The notes below the pieces were generated by a model. The model was not told the DNA's origin and did not search any database. It worked only from the letters and a program-made list of their open reading frames with translations. Positions 26,797 to 32,440 of a DNA stretch of 32,440 nt are shown piece by piece. The stretch spans positions 1 through 32,440 of the forward strand of contig DATBSM010000067.1 in assembly GCA_036559785.1 (NCBI GenBank). Reading direction: 5' to 3'. How positions within the stretch are numbered: position 1 is the stretch's first letter; each line of letters starts with the position of its first letter. This DNA is from Gemmatimonadales bacterium (GTDB lineage: Bacteria; Gemmatimonadota; Gemmatimonadetes; Gemmatimonadales; GWC2-71-9). The translations under genes were made by a program, and so were the position numbers.

Positions 26797-29145
26797 ATGC
26801 TTCTCACCCTAATGTTCCTGCTGTATCCCGGTATCATCGACCCGCCGACCAAGTACGACGGTCGGGCGGGCAAACTGGCCGTACAGGTTCCCCGCATGGA
26901 AGCCGAGCCGGTGATCGATGGGAAGCTCGACGAGGAGGTCTGGGGTGAGGCCGCGCAACTCACCGGCTTTTCCCAGTTCTCCCCCACCGATGGAGTTCCG
27001 GCCGCAGACTCGACCGAGGTACTGGTCTGGTATTCACCCACCGCCATCCTGTTCGGTATCCGGGCCTTCGAGGCCCACGGTGCGGTGCACGCAACTCTGG
27101 CTGACCGGGATCGCATCGCGTCCGACGATCATGTGCAGATCCTGCTCAGCACCTTCGACGACGGACGCCAGGCCAGCGTCTTTGCAGTAAACCCTTTTGG
27201 GGTGCAGTCGGACGGCGCACTGATCGAGACCGGTTCCACCAGCGGCAACGGGTTCAACAACAATGTGGTCAGACGGGAGAAGCCGGATCTGAGTCCCGAC
27301 TTCGTGTTCGAGTCGAAAGGCCGGGTAACCGAGTACGGGTACGAGGTGGAGGTCCGGATTCCGTTCAAGAGCCTTCGCTTTCAACCGAAGCCGGAGCAGA
27401 GCTGGGGCATCAACATCCTACGGCAGGTGCAGCACTCGGGACACGAGGACTCCTGGGCTCCTGCCAAGCGCGCCAGCGCCTCGTTCCTGGCGCAGTCCGG
27501 CCGGCTGGTCGGGCTCAAGGACCTTCGCCGCGGCATGGTGCTGGACGTCACGCCCTCGCTCACCGCCAGGAGCATAGGAACCCGCGGCGTCGAGGGTTGG
27601 GATTACACCGGGGGGACTCCGGAGCTCGGGGGCACCGTCCGCTGGGGTATCACCAACAACCTCACGCTGAACGGTACCGCCAATCCTGATTTCTCCCAGG
27701 TCGAGTCGGACGTCCAGCAGTTTGCCTTCGACCCCAGACAGGAAATCTTCTTCTCCGAGAAGCGGCCGTTCTTTCTCGATGGCATCGAGCTCTTCAACAC
27801 ACCCAATCTGTTGATCTACACCCGCCGGATCATCCAGCCGGTGGGGGCCGCCAAGCTTACCGGCAAGACGTTCGGTACCGACCTGGCACTCCTCACCGCC
27901 GTGGACGACCGGGTGGCATCGGCCACAGGCGTAGATCACCCGGTTTACAACCTGCTACGAGTGCAGCGGGACATCGGATCTCAATCGCGGCTCGGACTGG
28001 TCTACACCGACAAGATCGACGGGGACGACTACAACCGTGTGGCGGGGGTGGATACGCGCCTCGTGTTCGGGGGCGTGTACAGCGCGCAGCTGCAGCTGGC
28101 CGGAAGCCGCACGCGCACCAACGGGGTTACCGTCACGGCTCCCCTCTGGCAGGCGCGGTTTGCGGCAAACGGCCGCACCTTCGGGCTGCGCTACATCATT
28201 ACCGGCATTGACGAGGACTTTCGAGCTCAAAGCGGATTCATCTCGCGGCCCGGGATCGCCCACGCCACCCTGAACCACCGGGTGACCGCCTATGGAAAGC
28301 GGGGCGGTTTGGTGGAAAGCCTCACCGGTGACGTGACACTCGACGGCACCTGGCTGTATGACGCGTTCGTGCACGGACAGGGCGTCCAGGATAAGAAGCT
28401 GCACTTCAATACCAACACCACGCTGCGTGGAGGCTGGCAGGTTGGCGGGTCGATTCTGGTGGAATCGTTCGGCTATCCCGAGGACGTGTATGTCGACTAC
28501 GCCATCGAGCTCCCCCGGAGCGACGGCAGTGGTGCCGATACAGTGCCCTTCACCGGCACTCCGACCATTCCCAACCTCGACTACGTCCTTTCGCTCGACA
28601 CACCGGAGTTCTCCCACTTTTCAGGAAATGTGTTCGTGCTGTGGGGCAGGGATGAGAACTTCTACGAGTGGGCCAGCGCCGACATCGTGGTCGCCAACCT
28701 CACGCTGGCCTGGCGGCCGACCGACAAGCTCAGAATGGAGGGGATCTATCAGCTTCAGAGTGTGGCCCGCCGCACCGATGGACAGACGGTGAACGTCCAG
28801 CGCAGTCCCCGGCTGAAGCTCGAGTACCAGCTCTCTCGTCCCATCTTCCTGCGCCTGGTCGGCGAGTATACCAGCGAACGACAGGATGCCCTTATAGACG
28901 ACACCCGGACCGGCGCTCCGATTCTCATCCTCGATGCCGAAACCGGCATCTATACCCATGCCGACGCGTTCGGGCGGCGCTCCTTCCGCGGGGATTTTCT
29001 GTTCTCCTACCAGCCCACCCCGGGAACCGTGCTCTTCGCTGGTTACGGCAGCACCCTCCGGGACCCAACCGAGCTGGGTCAGGCCAGCCTGCGCCGTGCG
29101 GAGGACGGTTTCTTCCTCAAGCTCAGCTATCTGTTCCAGCTGTAG
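26797..29145 (+). CDS. CBM9-like/DUF5916-type outer-membrane beta-barrel protein
   Basis: 782 aa. N-terminal PVIDGKLDEEVWGEAAQLTGFSQFSP resembles the carbohydrate-binding family 9-like module found in DUF5916 proteins. The long beta-rich remainder ends in FFLKLSYLFQL, an OMP-like terminus. Family call from memory. Confidence 0.7.
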   Translation: MLLTLMFLLYPGIIDPPTKYDGRAGKLAVQVPRMEAEPVIDGKLDEEVWGEAAQLTGFSQFSPTDGVPAADSTEVLVWYSPTAILFGIRAFEAHGAVHATLADRDRIASDDHVQILLSTFDDGRQASVFAVNPFGVQSDGALIETGSTSGNGFNNNVVRREKPDLSPDFVFESKGRVTEYGYEVEVRIPFKSLRFQPKPEQSWGINILRQVQHSGHEDSWAPAKRASASFLAQSGRLVGLKDLRRGMVLDVTPSLTARSIGTRGVEGWDYTGGTPELGGTVRWGITNNLTLNGTANPDFSQVESDVQQFAFDPRQEIFFSEKRPFFLDGIELFNTPNLLIYTRRIIQPVGAAKLTGKTFGTDLALLTAVDDRVASATGVDHPVYNLLRVQRDIGSQSRLGLVYTDKIDGDDYNRVAGVDTRLVFGGVYSAQLQLAGSRTRTNGVTVTAPLWQARFAANGRTFGLRYIITGIDEDFRAQSGFISRPGIAHATLNHRVTAYGKRGGLVESLTGDVTLDGTWLYDAFVHGQGVQDKKLHFNTNTTLRGGWQVGGSILVESFGYPEDVYVDYAIELPRSDGSGADTVPFTGTPTIPNLDYVLSLDTPEFSHFSGNVFVLWGRDENFYEWASADIVVANLTLAWRPTDKLRMEGIYQLQSVARRTDGQTVNVQRSPRLKLEYQLSRPIFLRLVGEYTSERQDALIDDTRTGAPILILDAETGIYTHADAFGRRSFRGDFLFSYQPTPGTVLFAGYGSTLRDPTELGQASLRRAEDGFFLKLSYLFQL

Positions 29146-29193
29146 CCTGGCCAACTTGTGGTCGGTGCGCCACATCACGTGAGCATAAACCAC

Positions 29194-29240
29194 AGCTTGT
29201 GTAGGGCCCGCCCCACCCTCCTCGCCAAGTAGCACAAGCT
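29194..29240. repeat. Perfect 8-bp inverted repeat AGCTTGTG / CACAAGCT separated by 31 nt
   Basis: Arms at 29194-29201 and 29233-29240, read directly. Located in the 277-nt intergenic region upstream of the GT4 gene. Confidence 0.5.
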
Positions 29241-29257
29241 TAGCGTTAGCAATAGCT
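29240..29257. repeat. Three tandem imperfect hexamers TTAGCG-TTAGCA-ATAGCT abutting a TTGACC (-35-like) hexamer
   Basis: Read directly. TTGACC lies at 29257-29262. I could not identify a convincing -10 element. Confidence 0.4.
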
Positions 29258-29422
29258 TGACCTGGTCCGACCCGGTTCGAATTCGGCCTCCCTTCAGGTG
29301 GCTTGCCTCTTGCCCATACGGGCGCCGAATCCTTTTGCACCCCCATCCAATGAATCATGGCCCTTCCGCCACAGCGGCTGGGCAGGGTACGGCTCGTCTC
29401 TCCTCCGACTGGAGCAGTCGCG

Positions 29423-30640
29423 ATGCGGATCCTGGTCCTGAACTACGAGTATCCACCGCTTGGCGGGGGTGCGGCCGTGGCGACGGCAGCGCTGGCGCAG
29501 GGGCTGCTGGAGCGCGGCGTGGCGGTAGACGTGGTGACCGCCGGGGCCGGGGCCCACCTGGAGCGTCGCGCTGGAGGCCGGCCGGCGGAGCCGGCCACCG
29601 ACGGAGGCCTCACGGTTTATCGGGTGAAGAGCCGGCGCACCGGGATCCACGAGGCAGGGATGGGAGACGCCGCGAGCTATCTCGTGGCCGCGCTGCCGGT
29701 GATCCGAGGGCTGCTCCGCACCCACACCTACGATGCCGTCCACGTGTTTTTCTCGCTGCCGACCGGCGCGCTGCTCCCTTTCCTCAGGCTTCGCGGCACA
29801 CCGGTGGTGGTCTCACTCCGTGGATCCGATGTCCCGGGCTACGACCCGCATAACTCATCTCTGCAATGGGCGCACCGGCTGCTGGCCCCGCTGACTCGCT
29901 GGATCTGGCGGCGGGCAGATCGGGTCGTGGCCGTTTGCGACAGCCTGGGCCAGCTGGCCCTGCGGACCTGGCCGGATCTCCGCTATTCCGTGGTGCCGAA
30001 TGGGGTTGACCTGACGCTGTTCCACCCCAAGCGCTCTCCTCGGGCCCCATCCAAGCGAATCCGCTGTCTGGCAGTGGCCCGTCTGATCGAGCGGAAGGGT
30101 CTGGGCGACCTGATCCGGGCGCTTGCACTACTGGAGCGGGGCCGCTTCGAGCTGGAGATCGTGGGCGGCGGCGCGGACCGGCGTGTGCTACAGGACTTGG
30201 CCACCCAGCTCGGTGTAGCAGAGGAGATCCGATTCAGGGGACCGTTGTCGCGAGTCGAAGTGGCCGAGCGCTACAGGGCGGCGGATTTGTTCACCCTCCC
30301 CTCATCGGCCGAGGCCTTCGGCAATGTGTTCGCCGAGGCGCTAGCCTCAGGGCTCCCAATCGTTGGAAGTGCCACCGGCGGAATCCCCGATCTGGTCGAG
30401 CACGGCAGCAATGGTCTGCTGGTTCCGCCGGGAGACGTGCAGGCGCTCGCCGGAGCCATCCGCTACCTGGCCAATGATCCTGAGCTTCGCAGTGAGATGG
30501 CTCTTCGGAACAGGGCGAAGGCCGAAGCGACGCTGGAGTGGGCCCAGGTGACCCGCCGCTATCAATCCATTTATGAGGCGCTTCAGCACCGCGCACCTGC
30601 GCGGGCACTGGTCGCCGAGCCTACCGCGAGCATTTCGTGA
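29423..30640 (+). CDS. GT4-family (GT-B fold) glycosyltransferase
   Basis: MRILVLNYEYPPLGGGAAVA N-terminus. C-terminal EAFGNVFAEALASGLPIVGSATGGIPDLVEHGSNGLLVPPGD (E-x7-E region). Start at ATG 29423 with GGAG 8 nt upstream; the ORF track starts 22 codons earlier at 29357. Confidence 0.88.
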   Translation: MRILVLNYEYPPLGGGAAVATAALAQGLLERGVAVDVVTAGAGAHLERRAGGRPAEPATDGGLTVYRVKSRRTGIHEAGMGDAASYLVAALPVIRGLLRTHTYDAVHVFFSLPTGALLPFLRLRGTPVVVSLRGSDVPGYDPHNSSLQWAHRLLAPLTRWIWRRADRVVAVCDSLGQLALRTWPDLRYSVVPNGVDLTLFHPKRSPRAPSKRIRCLAVARLIERKGLGDLIRALALLERGRFELEIVGGGADRRVLQDLATQLGVAEEIRFRGPLSRVEVAERYRAADLFTLPSSAEAFGNVFAEALASGLPIVGSATGGIPDLVEHGSNGLLVPPGDVQALAGAIRYLANDPELRSEMALRNRAKAEATLEWAQVTRRYQSIYEALQHRAPARALVAEPTASIS

Positions 30641-31920
30641 ACCAAATCCCATTCTGGCTGGCCGTGGACGCGGCCCGCACCTTTGCTGCCCTCGATCTCG
30701 ACGCCGAATCGGTGGATGCCCTCGCTCGCGGGCGTCTCAGCCGGCTGCTGGCTTCTTCGGCGCGGAGCAACGCCTTTTATGGGAGGCGTCTCCAGGGCGT
30801 GGGCATCGAGTGGGCCGATCCGATCCTCCAGCTCGACCCCTATCGCGCGCTGGCGGCACTGCCACCGGTGTCGAAGCTGGAGCTTCGGCAAGCCGGGTCC
30901 CAGGCCCTGGCGGGCGGTCGAGTCGATCCCGCATGGCATTCTTCGGGCTCATCCGGGTCTACTGGTGAGCCGTTCAGGGTTTACTACGAGCCGAGAGCCT
31001 GGGCCACGCTCAAGTACGCGGTCAAGCTGCGGGCACGCCACGCCTGCGGAGCCGGGCCCACCGATCGGGTGGCCATTCTTGATGCCGTGCCCCGAGGCAC
31101 CGCCGCGTCGCGGCTGGAGCAGGCCATTGGCTGTGGGCGGATTAGCGTGCTGCAGCCGGCCTCGTCGGTGGCTGGTGCGCTGCTGGCCTTCCAGCCGGAT
31201 GTGATTTACGGACTCCCTTCGGCGCTCGACGAGGCGGCTCGCGCGCTCGCGACGCGGGGCGACCGTCTCCAGGCTACGGCCGTGTTCACCAGCGGAGAGC
31301 TGCTCGATGGCTTGATGCGGGATCGGCTGGCCGCAGCCTTCGAGGCCCCCGTCTACGACATCTACGGCACGTCGGAGACCAAGGAGATCGCCTGGGAGTG
31401 CCCTCGAGGCGGCATGCACTTGAACAACGACGTGGTGCGTCTGGAAGTCCTGGACGACGCGGGGCGCTCACTGCCGGCGGGACAGGAAGGCAATTTGGTC
31501 GCCACTCTGCTGATCAACCGGGCGATGCCCCTGCTCCGCTATCTCACCGGCGATCGCGGGGCGCTGCTCTCGGGGACCTGCGCCTGCGGGCGATCCTCGC
31601 CCCTGCTGGGGGTGGTAACCGGCAGGGCGGCCGATATGCTCGTGCTCCGCGGCGGCCAACGGATCTCCCCCTATGCGCTCACCTGCGCCCTGGAGCGGGT
31701 CGGCGGTGTCCTGCGATACCAGGTGAGCCAGCTGGATCCGGCCCGTGTCAGAGTACGCGCCATTCTCGAGGCGGCCGCGAACCGAGAGGCGATTGCCGAT
31801 CAGATGCGGACCGCACTTCGGTTCGACGTGGCCCCGTTTCTAGACGCCGATGTGGAGTTTGTCGACCGCCTTCCCACCGGCCCGCGAGCCAAGTTCCGGG
31901 TCGTAGAGCCGCTCCAATGA
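30637..31920 (+). CDS. Adenylate-forming enzyme of the phenylacetate-CoA ligase (PaaK) / CapK / coenzyme F390 synthetase-like family
   Basis: 427 aa. SSGSSGSTGEPF (P-loop-like A3 motif), YGTSET (A5), YLTGDRG (A7), GRAADML (A8), terminal PRAKFRVV lysine motif. GTGA overlap with the GT4 stop. Confidence 0.8.
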   Translation: MNQIPFWLAVDAARTFAALDLDAESVDALARGRLSRLLASSARSNAFYGRRLQGVGIEWADPILQLDPYRALAALPPVSKLELRQAGSQALAGGRVDPAWHSSGSSGSTGEPFRVYYEPRAWATLKYAVKLRARHACGAGPTDRVAILDAVPRGTAASRLEQAIGCGRISVLQPASSVAGALLAFQPDVIYGLPSALDEAARALATRGDRLQATAVFTSGELLDGLMRDRLAAAFEAPVYDIYGTSETKEIAWECPRGGMHLNNDVVRLEVLDDAGRSLPAGQEGNLVATLLINRAMPLLRYLTGDRGALLSGTCACGRSSPLLGVVTGRAADMLVLRGGQRISPYALTCALERVGGVLRYQVSQLDPARVRVRAILEAAANREAIADQMRTALRFDVAPFLDADVEFVDRLPTGPRAKFRVVEPLQ

Positions 31921-31969
31921 TTCCGCCCCGCTGCCCTCACTCCTTGCCCGCCACACTGTCGGAGGACTC

Positions 31970-32440
31970 ATGAAACGCGCCCTGGGGCGGTCGAACCCCT
32001 TGCCGCATCCGTTGACGCCCTATCCCGAGCTGATCGTCAACTTCTGTCCCACCGGGATGATCCCGACGAAGGAAATGACGCCCCACGTGCCGATCACTCC
32101 CGTCGAGGTGATCGAAGACGCCTGCAGAGCCCTGGAGCTCGGCGTCGCTATCGTGCACCTGCACGCCCGTGAGCTCGACGGCACGCCGACATATCGGGGC
32201 GAAATCTACGAAGAGATGATTCTCGGCATCCGGAGCCACTTCTCCGATGCCATTATCTGCGTCAGTTGCAGCGGCCGGAACTTTCCAGAGTTCGAACAGC
32301 GCAGCGAGGTGCTCGAGCTGACCGGCTCGGCCCGGCCCGATCTGGCGAGCCTTACGCTTACGAGCCTGGACTTCCCCACCGGCACGAGTCAGAACGCTCC
32401 CGACATGGTCCTGGCGCTGGCCGAGAGAATGCTGGAGCGC
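31970..32440 (+). CDS. BKACE-family enzyme (3-keto-5-aminohexanoate cleavage enzyme-like, DUF849), 5' partial that runs off the window
   Basis: Not in the supplied ORF track because there is no stop in the window. My translation from ATG 31970 (GGAGGA upstream) is open for all 157 codons: MKRALGRSNPLPHPLTPYPELIVNFCPTGMIPTKEMTPHVPITPVEVIEDACRALELGVAIVHLHAREL... This matches the BKACE N-terminal pattern (PTG...TK...P.TP.E...A......G....H.H.R). Confidence 0.75.
   Translation, partial: MKRALGRSNPLPHPLTPYPELIVNFCPTGMIPTKEMTPHVPITPVEVIEDACRALELGVAIVHLHARELDGTPTYRGEIYEEMILGIRSHFSDAIICVSCSGRNFPEFEQRSEVLELTGSARPDLASLTLTSLDFPTGTSQNAPDMVLALAERMLER

Noticed and set aside
29274-29284. T-loop-like GGTTCGAATTC that could indicate a tRNA in the intergenic region.
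   Set aside because: The flanking bases form at most a 3-bp stem, and no acceptor or anticodon arms can be drawn on either strand.

Overview
High-GC bacterial chromosomal window, roughly two-thirds G+C by eye. It is densely coding, with about 25 protein genes, and the many long antisense ORFs are typical high-GC shadows. The gene content (a PD40-repeat receptor Ser/Thr kinase and many lipoproteins) suggests a Gemmatimonadota- or Acidobacteriota-like diderm; that placement is inference only. I saw no rRNA, intact tRNA, CRISPR array, transposase, integrase or recognisable defence or toxin-antitoxin genes. Left to right: (1) a low-GC non-coding leader, then a receptor-type Ser/Thr kinase. (2) A 42-nt copy of the 3' part of tRNA-Phe(GAA), whose last 7 nt equal the first 7 nt of the window. 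(3) A small secreted protein, an orphan CheY-like receiver, a two-domain VOC/glyoxalase protein and a Tat-exported serine hydrolase. (4) An 11.7-kb, 10-gene minus-strand unit with overlapping or nearly abutting stop/start codons: GbsR/MarR regulator, TolC-like OMF, MFP, RND pump, MoxR ATPase, DUF58, BatD/DUF4381-like protein, VWA, VWA, TPR lipoprotein. It is preceded on the same strand by an HtrA/DegP protease. (5) A plus-strand array of NTF2-like protein, M1 metallopeptidase lipoprotein, fused trehalose-6-P synthase/phosphatase and a POT peptide transporter. (6) A HEAT-repeat protein divergent from a CBM9/DUF5916-type outer-membrane protein. (7) At the right edge, a translationally coupled GT4 glycosyltransferase and PaaK/CapK-like adenylate-forming ligase, followed by a BKACE (DUF849) enzyme truncated by the window end. 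The most unusual items are the physical and translational fusion of an RND efflux operon to a MoxR-DUF58-VWA (Bat-like) operon, the tRNA-Phe fragment repeat around the kinase, and the GT4/ligase/BKACE cluster. None can be called a new system from sequence reading alone.
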